Assembly (NCBI GenBank): GCA_965644315.1
Contig: CBFFRQ010000030.1
Location: 496,001 to 560,000, forward strand
DNA length: 64,000 bases
Origin: Caecitellus pseudoparvulus
Lineage: Eukaryota > Protista > Bigyra: Bicosoecida
Reading direction: 5' to 3'
Shown here piece by piece: positions 15,001 to 20,906 of this stretch (position 1 is its first letter; the number at the start of each line of letters is the position of its first letter). The position numbers and the translations under genes were made by a program. Under the pieces are notes generated by a model. The model made no database searches. It was not told the DNA's origin and worked only from the letters and a program-made list of their open reading frames with translations.

Positions 15001-18000
15001 TGCCGTCAGCTGCCACCTTGGAGGGCTCTGTGGCCTCGCAGGCCCACGTGGCAGCAGCACACAGCCAGCCAGCTACGCCCGCTGAAGAGGCAGCTGCGCC
15101 ACCTTCCATGACTGCAGACCATGGCACGTACATCGCCACGCTGCCTGTCATGAGCATGCTCCTGCGCCTCTCCCTCGTGCGGTGCCTGGCGCCCCACGCC
15201 CTCATGCGGGGCCTGAACACGTTCGTCGTGAACTCGGCCCTCATGACGCAGGGCGATGCGGAGCTGCAGCCTGCGCCCGAGGGCGCCGACGGGGACATGG
15301 CACCCGACGCATCGGCGGTGTCCTTGTACTCAAAACCAGCCACCCGCAGTGTGCCGTGGCGTAGGGCGGACATTGGCGGCAAGCACAGCCGGAGCAGCAC
15401 CCGCCGAGACGCATGGGGCATGGTGGTGGACGAGTCTGTGGCATGGGACCCCACTGAAGCGCTCACGGCGTTGCTCACCCGCGTGGAGCGACAAGAGGAC
15501 CTCATGGACATGGCGGGGCAGGGGGTGCTGCGCACGCCCATGGCATCTGCGCTGCGAGCCTCCTTCGCGCCTCACGTGCCTGTGGTGGTGCTGCAGCCCC
15601 CAGCGTACGCTGCGGCTGCCGTGGAGGATGACGGGGCCCTGCTGGGCATCACCCTGCCACACCCTCTGCAGCGCTGCGTGACCACTGGCAGCCACACCAG
15701 CACGCTGGCATCCACGGCATCTTCGGGCCTGCTGCAGGCCACCACTGCCGCGGCCCTGCTCCCAGTGGAGCCTTCTGAGGTGCGGGACCCAGTGCCCCAC
15801 ATCACGGCACTCGGACAGGCGCTGGGCATCAAGGTATTCGTGACGGGCGGCGCCCACATCTCTGCAGCGAGCCTGGCGTCCACCCTGTCCCACGCGCTGC
15901 GTGCCGGCGCGTGGGTGGTGGTGCACTCTCTGAACGTCATGCCCAAGGCCTCCAACATCCTCGCCCACGTCGTGGAAGAGCTGCACCAGCGGGCACAGGA
16001 GATGGATGAGGAGGATGAGGAGGAGGGCGCCGGGCAGGCAGGTGGCGCCAGTCCGCGCCGTCCCTCACCTCGTGCTGATGCACGGGACCGTGGCATCGTG
16101 CCCGGCCGTCCTGACGCGCGCTTCCGCATCTGGCTGCTGGTGCAGGAGGAGCGTGACGAGCTGAGTGTGGCTCCAAGTGTCCTGGCTTCGGGAGTCACCG
16201 TGGCGGCTGATTGCGACCTGGACGCCTACCGGGCCCCCAACCTGTCACGCCAGCTGCATGCAGCTGCGACTGGGTCTGTGGCTGCGCCGCTGGCAGGGGT
16301 CGGAGGCGGCACCTCTGAGGCACACCTGTCCTCTGCAGACCGCATGTCATCCAAGGCTTCCCTCAGTGGGACAGGGGCATCTGGCACTCTGCCCAGCCCC
16401 GCTCGCCGTAGCCACCGGCGCCTGCTGTCCTCAGGCGCGCCAGTGGACGTGGAGCCGGAGATGGGTCCAGCCCGGCAGCCAGACCCGTTGGAGCAGGCGA
16501 CGCTGAACTCGCCCCTGCAGTACGTGCAGCGCCGGGGCAAGGGGTGGTTCCACGGCAAGGGTCTGTCGTGGGCCGTGTGGCGCCGCATCATCGACGCGTT
16601 CACCCACGCTGGCAGCCCCCTGCACGACACATCTGGCAGTGGCGCCATGACGCCCCCTGCACTGGCACGCGCCTCCCAAAGCCTGCTGTCTGCAACAGAG
16701 GACTTCAACGCCTGGGTTTCCAGCCAGTACGTGTCCCCCACTGCCGAGGCGCTGAACACTGTCGTGGCTGCGGGGGGAGTGGTGACCATGACGGACTCGC
16801 CCCCCGAGGCGCCGCCCTTGGGACAGCCCGAGGGGGACTCGGACACGGAGGGGGCTGTGCTCGTGCCCCGCACGCGTCGCGCCCGCAAGCGTGCAGGCGG
16901 CATGTCGTCTGCCGACATGGGCGCCTTCTTGTCCCCTCGCGCTGGCGCCAGCACACCGTCTGCCGCCACTGCCGCGGCGCCATGGGGCGAACCCACTACG
17001 CGCAGTCCGCGCCCGGGCCGTGGCGCAGAGAAGGATGCCACCCCACTGCCTCCCTCGCGCACACCCCCGGTGGAGCTGCTCCTTGCAGCGGTCGAGGACA
17101 CGACGCCCCTTGGAGGGTACCGCCGAGCGCTGTTCGGGCTGGGCCTGTTCCACGCCTTGGCAGTCACGCGCTGGAGCGCCAGCCAGGCATCCGCCGTGCC
17201 AGCCTCAGCCCAGCACACCAGCGGCGGCGACTGTGCCGTGGCAGACATGCCTCGTGCGACGGCGTCGGACGACGACGCCCACGCCTGCCCCTTCACCCTG
17301 CCCCGTCTTTTTGCCGCTGTGCGGCAGCTGCACGACGCGGCCGAGGAAGCAGCGACGCTCTGTGCCGCTGTGCGAGAGATCGGCATCGCACCCCGTGACC
17401 CCATTGAGCAGACGCGGCCACACACAGCGCCGCTAGTGGCAGAGATGCGAGACGCGTCAGTGGGCAAGGAGGAGGAGGAGCTGGAGGCCGAAAGCAAGGC
17501 GACGGGCCTGGCCGGGAAGCCGCTGCCACCCCCGCCACCCCCTGACACGGTCACGCTGTTGGCAGGCAGGTCCAACGGCCTCTTTGCGCTGCCGGGCTTC
17601 GACTTGCTGGGCGTGGCTCGCGGCATCGTCGCCAGTGTGTACCGGGGCGGAGTGCAGGGGCAGGAAGGGGAGGCCCTCGTGGCCTTGCTGCTGCGCTGCA
17701 TGGAGGTGGCCTGCGATCCCACGGGGGAGGAGGGCGCCGTGGTGAAGGAGGACTTCGTGAAGGCCAGTGAGATGAATGCCCGTGTGCCTGTGCCGCTCGC
17801 CACGCTGGCCCTGGGCTGGCATGGCCTGCGGGTGTACATCGACTCCAACGTGGACGCGGAGCCCCCGGATGCTGTGGCGGCGCACCGCCTGTCCCTGCAC
17901 CACCGTGCGGTGCTGGCTGGCGCCTGGCCCCAGCCCCTGCCTCACCTCGTCACGTACATGGCCACTCACGCCAGCCTGAACGACCGAGCCGTGCCGGACA

Positions 18001-20834
18001 TCCTGGCCCTGCCCTCTCTGGAACAGCGAGAGGAAGGGAGTGCGCCGTTGCCCAGCCTCGGTTCCCTGCCGCTCAGCGCAGTGTGCGAGCTGGACCAGGT
18101 GCCGCTCGTGGCGCCGCCTGCCATCTTGGGCAGCGGCACGGGGTCGGCGCGCATCGTGGCGGCGGTGGCGGCCTTTGTCACTGCCCGCGATGCGGGGCAG
18201 TTGACCGTGGATGCAGAAGAGGATGTGGGCATCAACTGGGAAGGTGTGCGGCGGGCCTTTGACCGGCAGCTGGTGCGTTTCATCGCGCAACGCATGAAGC
18301 CGGCGCTGCCCCCTGGGCGTGCTGGCGCAGTGCTTGCCAGTGTGCAGGGCGCAGGTGTGTCCGAGGCCACCGTCATCGCGGCAGCGAGGTTCACTGCCAG
18401 CACCATGATTACTGCAGTGCAGGCGCTGGCTCCTGGTGACGCCCTGCTGTCCCAGTCAGGCGCCCGGCCTGGGCAAGGCTTGGCGACCGGCGTCGCGACA
18501 GCTGCCGCCCTGCGCCGCGTCATGACGGGTATCTCTGTGGCTGCGTCTGAGGATGCCGCGGGTGGCGCGGGGGACATGGAGGAAGAAGACGTGGCTGACC
18601 TGCAGGAGATCGACGCAGACGCCGGTGCTGGCGGTGCGGAGCTGGCGCTGGACGTGGAGGGCGAGGGCTCCTCGCTGGGTCTGCCGCCGACCGGCTTGCC
18701 CACGCCCCTCCCAACGCTGCACACCAAGCCACTGTTGGCACTGGCCAAGGCGCTCACCGCCATTGGATGCCTGCTGCCAGCCCCCTTTGACCTCATGGGT
18801 CTTGCGCGCTCACACCCTGTCGCACTGGATGCGTCAGCCCGCCGGGCGCCGGGTGGTGCCCTGCGCTCCAAGCGTCGACACCCCGTGCCTGGGTCGGGAG
18901 AGGGAGGGAGCAAGGGGCCCAGCGAGCGCGGCGGGCGCGGGCGCGGCAAGGGCGGTGCCTTCAACCCAGCCACCTCCCTGGATGCCAGCACCCTGCACAG
19001 CACCCTGCACAGGGAGCTGGCTGCGTACAACGCCCTCATCGGCACCGTGGCTCGGGACCTCATGGTGCTGCTGGCGGCACTGGCGGGCGACATGCCGGTG
19101 ACGGGGGAAACCGCACGCAGCCTGCACGCCATCGCCACCAACCACATCCCAGCCGAGTGGCGTGCCCTGGCACCGCCCGCCTTCACCCACGCAGCAGCTG
19201 GCGTGGCTGCTGGTGGCTCAGGCGGCGTGGCAGGCGCTGCCGCTGACCTGTCCTGGGAAGTGTCCGCCTTGGAAACGGACAGCGCATGGCGCAGTGTGCT
19301 GGGATCGGGTGGGAGTGTCAGCTCTCCCCAGCGCGCCGCCTGGCTCGCAGTGGGCGGCGAGCTGCGGCTCTTCCTGCAGCACCTGGCTTCCAGCACGGCC
19401 TTCTTCAGGGCGTGGACCAAGAGTGGCACACCCAAGGTGCTCTGGTTGCCTGCTTTCTACGACCCTGCCGCACTGGTGGCCGTTGTGGTGGCTGAGGCGG
19501 CTCGGTTCTACGGTGCACCTGCCGCGTCTGTGGCTGTGAGGGGTGTTTTGCGTGACGACATCCAACCTGCTCACGCACCGGCGCACGTCGCAGCAGCCGA
19601 CCTCTTGGCCGCCCAAGCGCGCAGGGGCAGCGCTGCGCCTGGCGCCAGCACGCCAGCCAGGCCTGTGAAGTACATGGTCGCGTGGGATGGCGTGCCGGCC
19701 TTGTCGCAGGGGTACATCGACGCCCACGCCCAACCCGCAGCCACCTCAGGGCAAGATGAGGCGAGTGGGGAAGGCGGCATTGCTGGTGGAGCGCGCGGCT
19801 CGGCCCGCTCGGCCGCTGCCGCCGAGGCAGACCCCCGACTGCTGGCGCTGGCTGCAGCCAGTGGCAGCGGAGTCAGCACTGTGTCCGCTTCGCGGGGACA
19901 GGCGCCGCCCCGGCTGCCCAGTGCGCCGGCGTTGCCAGTGGACAGCGCCAGTGGGACACTGTCTGAGGAAGATGCAGTGGGGCAGGAGAGCGTCGTGCTG
20001 CGTTACGCGTGGCCAGGGCAGGAGCTGGCTCATGTGGAGCCTCCAGCGGCGTTCTCCGAGGGGGAGGATACATCGTACTACGCTGTGGCTCCCGGTGCCC
20101 ACGGCCTCTTCGTCACGGGCCTGCACGTGACCGGCTTCGCCCACTGGGACAGCCGGCTGAAGGCTCTCGTCGCGCAGGGGTGGACCTCTGACCCCACCCC
20201 AGCCTCTGGGCGATCCCCAGGCGCCAGTGCACCGTGCCCTGTCTTGCACTTGCAGCCCGTCGTTGGCGCGGGTGGGGACACCGCAGGCGGACCGGGGGCG
20301 GCAGTGCACGTGCCCCCCCTGCCATACACCCTGCCCACCCCCACTCACCCCGCTATGCCAGAAGGGCACATGCCAGCCTGGCTCCGCACGCCAGTCCTCG
20401 TGCACGCCAATGCCCCCGCAGCCACGGCAGTGTCCACGCAAACCCTGCTGGGCGCGACGGCCCCGAGGCAAAACCCTGGCGGGGCACAGACGGGCATGCC
20501 GGGCCTGCACCGCTCCGTGCGCCTGCTGACGCTGCATGCGCCAGCCATCGTCCCCAAGCCGAACGCCGAAGGTGCTGTGGTGGCAGTGCCACGTCCGCCC
20601 ACTGTGCCAGAACACCTGGCTGGGGAAGTGGACCACGAGGCAGCTGGTGATGTCGGTACTGGCAACCTGCCCACCTCGCACGGCGACCTGCCGCTGCGGC
20701 AGGAGGGCGACGAAGTGCCTGGGCAGCAGCAGGCCCAGCTCGTGCGGGCAGTGCAGTCTGTGCGCCGTGTGCGGGGTGTGCCGGTGCTGCTGCCAGCTGG
20801 CCCCATTTTCATCTCCACACTGCCGCCTGTGTAA
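3..20834 (+). CDS. Axonemal-type dynein heavy chain, divergent and greatly expanded; 5' end lies outside the window
   Basis: Frame is open from base 3. Dynein landmarks in order: end of linker/DHC_N2 (LREAVPRFYGLSDAQLVALL), YGYE..CVVTPLSDR before AAA1, AAA2 P-loop GGPASGKTT, AAA3 GPMDAGKRS, AAA4 GHVLLVGPQGSGRRSMARLAAH, stalk/MTBD (LATAMPAMERALAAV..ITEVKAMNNPP..VKVVMQVVCIM..DYWQPA), AAA5 (LRAWQLAGLPPDSLSIDNG..RWPLIIDP), C-terminal WLPAFYDP. Confidence 0.93.
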   Translation, partial: PECVDQYENVEFNWSRAMSGIVERPTLIALADNPVIKDELEKVTALLEDLRHAGSALLQRLREAVPRFYGLSDAQLVALLTTEAWFTHPPAGALTAMFPGVTAFLTSSVPTPAVTEEALVAESLDPATMTVARLGAGRKKAVPGMDSDSGSDVEGGAQTAGDPSGLGAIGHHRFIVAVEAADGRVVPLVRAVDLLPHGGEACSSELWAELEATLQDSVLAFIAGAGHHHATEVSMPLAALAATPQLPSPSGVPDTDTAQHTLWDSVRPRLAQWVSAWPLQAQLVAVSAEWTATVEAAMLETALAAAQAAVLPGSAAGKRQAGSGFQGRYRGGRSLRPVGAESATDTAVLSAMSGCTAPLTALVGLLNKRISLLSSIARQGQAWGGRCLAPAANFTESPHAPGHTVSGPGSALATRLSVLIGWHVHARDVTASLAAAFKTTDSTLAVALMQFAATQQLELPLSAMPPQLAAAAAAAAEEGRDLTPEEEEAIIVAWEEHVDSVVTQVAAAGAQHLLASSAWGRCIKMHWQLGRLGQDCPHVPLPEGHEEQEQQGAPQYPWAYLEGGSHPLHSLLAEGSGHTGHSRTETYLTLLRALSTGDAAAMSVLQSRLHAGRFGVLTQRAGSDDAPVFSGGDSAYRRTTTGWFCSVGVDKALDAMGGRATSGTPKAAGYHSPTARESRSRMGSRSGGLAGRRGVPPRSGAKHSKSTALAGIRELALRVSVGHVLAPYGYELQGGSVPGADACVVTPLSDRVWHAMTAAMRSHAAYVAVSGATPEAGAAGEVAVRDLAALCGRRLNMVDGAAVGITGRPHALLRSMAAEVGSGGWFMVANAHTLPLSVLSAFALAASEVQKAILARKAGANIGGMPVVVSPWTASFVSLSPIAAGNDRTALPPALASAFRPVAVLPPSPEVEVAVRLAARGFVFAAPLAQRLLSTLRSLLVSLHMPTALASALAATGLLSLCLRVVDGAAHAATELAESEAWCDTMTKALAPPVPRKSKKGARRARAAARASPAEQRSHVAATRLAMPVVLPRSFTAAEAQAAGGDGSLDQDTTTQRDMLAREVGGATMPVRALAALGETPLAMTQGFSTAVALSEVLALHTAITRLLTPALPLTAISALDSAVRDSLSHTDALDLAAAVDVPADPSVPATAVESLPAATLLHMWTAGREALRRAREGKVFQAAALAATEALGLTPTAALLSAVTAAREAMGASRTVALVGGPASGKTTVLRVLQLALTLLADVGEGGPVHDLSLPLLSPGHGVYARGARGAASGLSGVQSSHAGVTLAANSAWWTYAQTALHRGTALGAWEDVRELKHVLAMRAQAGEDDSDSLDSVDSGAGRAEEALAASQQSHALALEQTLQAQARVVEEELLVPAPHELPVAVATVFPQSVSLEALVGNNDAASGQWRDGIVTSLLRAASDGTARAVQAIRDDHKLGSELRKLVSSALLAPSATHARGRWLHVNGSAASEAALQAARGRVEDSEGVAPFSGLPGYLQRQWLVLDGHVAGAMGDALAPLLSSATAPGQVPVLGDGSRLLPPPTMTVWCETPTLAHASPTALTSTAIVACEAARTPWQALVHSWLKHRLPLVAAAALAGAEAGEGPGPGGVGIGSSHLDDVARHVGVFAEMLEWLVGPALNVLAVLGAAATTSAAASAAGSFKQTRAAAAAHLDGAGTRSTGTSGRSAAQQSQPPGAYLPGSHLNALAIVGQLLNVVEGLIVDHIGACAMARRNVGAAAEAAAAAVFGSDGDKPTHDGPPLVTMPNAARTAASLTCVGANPAAAVRSTATVLGAVATAPPLASHAALQAAGDRFAVLLHAHDSAEANADAQAAALAAGKAGEDPAAQAAARAQSGSKYTPGVSPRHRLAPGVSRSHAVRSDLVQRHLVDASTVLQNVAEDSKAAVRHLAENAHSGASATPLPSKAQEAELEGWVEAAVVYALIWTVGGLLNAEGRSRFDAWLRGVLAGTDSHTFAHRRFPGGSKPGVSLGAQAPGVIADADLLDGSFLVGRDSHGVGADTTALAAVLEKGAYEDEDGAAPTPGASPRASTMHTAVSFIHRSNASGSVRAAATSHRRKVKIPLPAEGSVFDYCLDSFLTAENGRRLTLSGQLADARGLETLFGGTLTLGAALERKSVWVPWAEQVPHVPLAPHAGASITQCLVPTVETVRVSHWVRSGIAHGRNVFLVGPMDAGKRSLLASLIARETADVRQLGAALYVPRNPEARHDADDTMPLPEAVENVGRGSDGPRNTIGDTSQAVVGNVRMGDGIFSLAITATPTTTASSLLDTLQALLPAQMQRQAGLGGGTAPEPASGLRSARGGQGGPGAVTAADGDGESHMCPADLLDDVTLGARSVVVPGGYAGQHRASLGPAPPSHAVRRLVVTVDDMNLVADTTGMSSAMGITWTAKGGWLPSSTVAKEADAPPHIAARVLRRHVARKGAARDTVVDSGTFGGALTAAAGHVLSSAPEAAAPPHALAGNSVLELLRCIMSTQGYTSFRKHDLGAATAAGQAGLWHGTATQPWLHGEGSPFAAPAHLTAVPGASSGPATPPGMAIAPHPVFNPLPRPVVVGTVQVGGSREAGWATGAILPTRLLPHAHLIGVPSPDATTVASIMGAKLHTHFHSHLSAVAELPAVASAVLRRYKHIVTGTVGLWSDLQASLPASPARPQYTWFLQDALRVIEGVMLLPPPTRHTLGLPPPLAESRPAAATPGASSEGGGDEAKQSAEAAQRAAQLAADLAVEVSTAEYEDTLLRLWVHDVWRYFGGRLVSEGDKGVLLSLLRRAVSSHMGLSMDRLLQPLVMVDETPAGLALLGHLDSTDVDGVRQEDLLNPWELLEVLREDGSEDSAKAAHTASFAKLAVLSALRRDDGESGDVADVELSVSPVLSTTMADAEAAGVLAVAPPGVSEEGDLGRAPMSMSHANLAHGSSFRSRRRQTTGTRKVTPLVMDQLLFGGYEPALVSALRLEDIAAVVASRARVQAALRRRGSGGGAGTDTETASLASDATGPGSAPAAANVAKGRSMGLAGVVLAPGGADRDADEEEEPAELLASFAPTGPLPVPLDVLQTFATTFKDQATFTLAMKRIMESRSGADVEDAREDAISALLPPHRHLLLSPRQVAALATEVALAEHNRLASHPMSMVITSHTVDHVSAIAHALRRPQGHVLLVGPQGSGRRSMARLAAHMVGFDVANMDVDVLRYTYDDWLSDLKDILRKTGVDGRPLALLVSADQVSPLQSILADIHVLMTTGAAQHLFSQGEIAAICEQLRYAATLELHEASETPELPRQALSGHAADKASAAQASAAGLVGLTPVAEEAGEGSAGGVPSALPHRMDVPAPQGNGEISTTQVLHFFQSRVLANLRIIITASDDPSSAHGAGESDSAQIADLDVRASTSPEAANAAALLASNTAASSLAQMFRLYPAMSTRSTCIVCTPWSDASLRVVARTHLNSTITDCTPSRAVDVLARVYEHTDLPRLLGRPVVEGDLDADAAEMLAPAITGLPTLDAGLCAREALKGRMVAPSGDTLAPVSSAADVLKATPRITSKSLSAALAASLAVSPQPSSVVEMQRRVVARVAGLCAFMHRVAEVEAATTLLPEAAEAGIMPVSVLPATFIHFVTTFRRLLSSKGEEARAKRERYLKGIAQLEATAASVTAMSQQLQQMKPMLAQNAKDTEAMMAQVDVETKDVERMRAALAKEEAEAEAKAAAAQALKEECEADLATAMPAMERALAAVRGLRKADITEVKAMNNPPDGVKVVMQVVCIMMAVEPRKVPDPTPTNPGNTKADYWQPAQRYLLGDVNFIQRIIDYKTDAIPQRIIDTIEPITRSDRFSKTALSNASVAADGIGEWVKAVIEYHYALKVVLPKRERLRQAEEEYQRLMRSLRAKQEELRALEARLDALAARLREMQARKAQLEASVATANAKLQRAKAVMAGLGGEAKRWAFEAARIEAARQCILGNMLLAAGYVVYLGAFSPASRSRILAAWTAAVDKVGIGRSGATPPGGELMLTAAFRPLQLNPADAAEAVASINSSMAEAEAAVGGEEGGEGGAQRTVSASTPKLSMEVDVFGLADGGVMEAFAIGMTGATVPERVVAAMPGSFAVSPTSDSDSIDSGSERGGSKEYAPFTLAGALGDSVQLRAWQLAGLPPDSLSIDNGLIIINTKRWPLIIDPGKQAVAWIRAVERETGLVTSHINAPDITTRIHDCIRDGKPLLLVLGASSGHVSGGGKSGLTLPPWLDSILLMQKYVKDGKRYVKFRDQLVPYNPGFRLYLVTSETRPNIPSSVQTKTSIVTFSPTWKGVSQQLLNTAMARLHPSLEDERIRLVVAAAANRAQLRSIEDKILRLLATASAEDAKAAARGDSGQSLASDLKMSTLLEDGTAVETLTKSQELAASLQAKQTGTIRLAATIGAVRRVYGLLAAVGSVCYFSAAQLRALSRMYAYGLGWFRDMFEAAIGSMQPVVHVTQLLEEYDALFGEDEEEAEAESTLDAGAPPAARGAGDQFDAGSSRSASDVRVTAVKDGHALFARHILADATGVSQRLSDICESVITATLRQVSLGSHAPHHHVFAWTLMSQVLQLSSQASTMLPGMPREVRPALGTLQSASGLATAEAEEVGGFSSASQVQLPKVRTQAPSSILQGDSVQALSLLHQMMTRVWRAVITGKSRSASSSLGPTRASSMQNMADQLSGKGGGPARFSSFRSVSGLTGDTRVSQTPLDADVLALLQTYQPVLRISRPAWIPTGAWRTLTALARVGMTTLVRVARLFCGIRQRHLLQQQDAPMPPSSIPPVLVTVATAARALATLPVTAQEEGVQLPFRCQAAPGNVPSSATAEPHLASLAEALLLPMVSSVTREQAEQDFAEQASPAGRAAAARGEARSGLGTTLAFPGMLSGQRATWSAFAHDPDCAEDCMSVPQGDWLHLFLAGMAVGATGGVLHGPAVTVLDHVLGAAVVPMLPKEDNVGETGVVGASFTCPVNAHDPVSVEMKRAASHATMSHVPSAATLEGSVASQAHVAAAHSQPATPAEEAAAPPSMTADHGTYIATLPVMSMLLRLSLVRCLAPHALMRGLNTFVVNSALMTQGDAELQPAPEGADGDMAPDASAVSLYSKPATRSVPWRRADIGGKHSRSSTRRDAWGMVVDESVAWDPTEALTALLTRVERQEDLMDMAGQGVLRTPMASALRASFAPHVPVVVLQPPAYAAAAVEDDGALLGITLPHPLQRCVTTGSHTSTLASTASSGLLQATTAAALLPVEPSEVRDPVPHITALGQALGIKVFVTGGAHISAASLASTLSHALRAGAWVVVHSLNVMPKASNILAHVVEELHQRAQEMDEEDEEEGAGQAGGASPRRPSPRADARDRGIVPGRPDARFRIWLLVQEERDELSVAPSVLASGVTVAADCDLDAYRAPNLSRQLHAAATGSVAAPLAGVGGGTSEAHLSSADRMSSKASLSGTGASGTLPSPARRSHRRLLSSGAPVDVEPEMGPARQPDPLEQATLNSPLQYVQRRGKGWFHGKGLSWAVWRRIIDAFTHAGSPLHDTSGSGAMTPPALARASQSLLSATEDFNAWVSSQYVSPTAEALNTVVAAGGVVTMTDSPPEAPPLGQPEGDSDTEGAVLVPRTRRARKRAGGMSSADMGAFLSPRAGASTPSAATAAAPWGEPTTRSPRPGRGAEKDATPLPPSRTPPVELLLAAVEDTTPLGGYRRALFGLGLFHALAVTRWSASQASAVPASAQHTSGGDCAVADMPRATASDDDAHACPFTLPRLFAAVRQLHDAAEEAATLCAAVREIGIAPRDPIEQTRPHTAPLVAEMRDASVGKEEEELEAESKATGLAGKPLPPPPPPDTVTLLAGRSNGLFALPGFDLLGVARGIVASVYRGGVQGQEGEALVALLLRCMEVACDPTGEEGAVVKEDFVKASEMNARVPVPLATLALGWHGLRVYIDSNVDAEPPDAVAAHRLSLHHRAVLAGAWPQPLPHLVTYMATHASLNDRAVPDILALPSLEQREEGSAPLPSLGSLPLSAVCELDQVPLVAPPAILGSGTGSARIVAAVAAFVTARDAGQLTVDAEEDVGINWEGVRRAFDRQLVRFIAQRMKPALPPGRAGAVLASVQGAGVSEATVIAAARFTASTMITAVQALAPGDALLSQSGARPGQGLATGVATAAALRRVMTGISVAASEDAAGGAGDMEEEDVADLQEIDADAGAGGAELALDVEGEGSSLGLPPTGLPTPLPTLHTKPLLALAKALTAIGCLLPAPFDLMGLARSHPVALDASARRAPGGALRSKRRHPVPGSGEGGSKGPSERGGRGRGKGGAFNPATSLDASTLHSTLHRELAAYNALIGTVARDLMVLLAALAGDMPVTGETARSLHAIATNHIPAEWRALAPPAFTHAAAGVAAGGSGGVAGAAADLSWEVSALETDSAWRSVLGSGGSVSSPQRAAWLAVGGELRLFLQHLASSTAFFRAWTKSGTPKVLWLPAFYDPAALVAVVVAEAARFYGAPAASVAVRGVLRDDIQPAHAPAHVAAADLLAAQARRGSAAPGASTPARPVKYMVAWDGVPALSQGYIDAHAQPAATSGQDEASGEGGIAGGARGSARSAAAAEADPRLLALAAASGSGVSTVSASRGQAPPRLPSAPALPVDSASGTLSEEDAVGQESVVLRYAWPGQELAHVEPPAAFSEGEDTSYYAVAPGAHGLFVTGLHVTGFAHWDSRLKALVAQGWTSDPTPASGRSPGASAPCPVLHLQPVVGAGGDTAGGPGAAVHVPPLPYTLPTPTHPAMPEGHMPAWLRTPVLVHANAPAATAVSTQTLLGATAPRQNPGGAQTGMPGLHRSVRLLTLHAPAIVPKPNAEGAVVAVPRPPTVPEHLAGEVDHEAAGDVGTGNLPTSHGDLPLRQEGDEVPGQQQAQLVRAVQSVRRVRGVPVLLPAGPIFISTLPPV

Positions 20835-20906
20835 AGCACACAGCACGCACGCGGTGTGAGAATGCATTTCCATCATCGTCCACCCTGCTTTAAGTACAGG
20901 CCATGG

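Noticed and set aside
206-20876. Many 100-550 aa overlapping or antisense ORFs within the dynein gene
   Set aside because: Shadow frames caused by high GC and codon bias; no recognisable domains.
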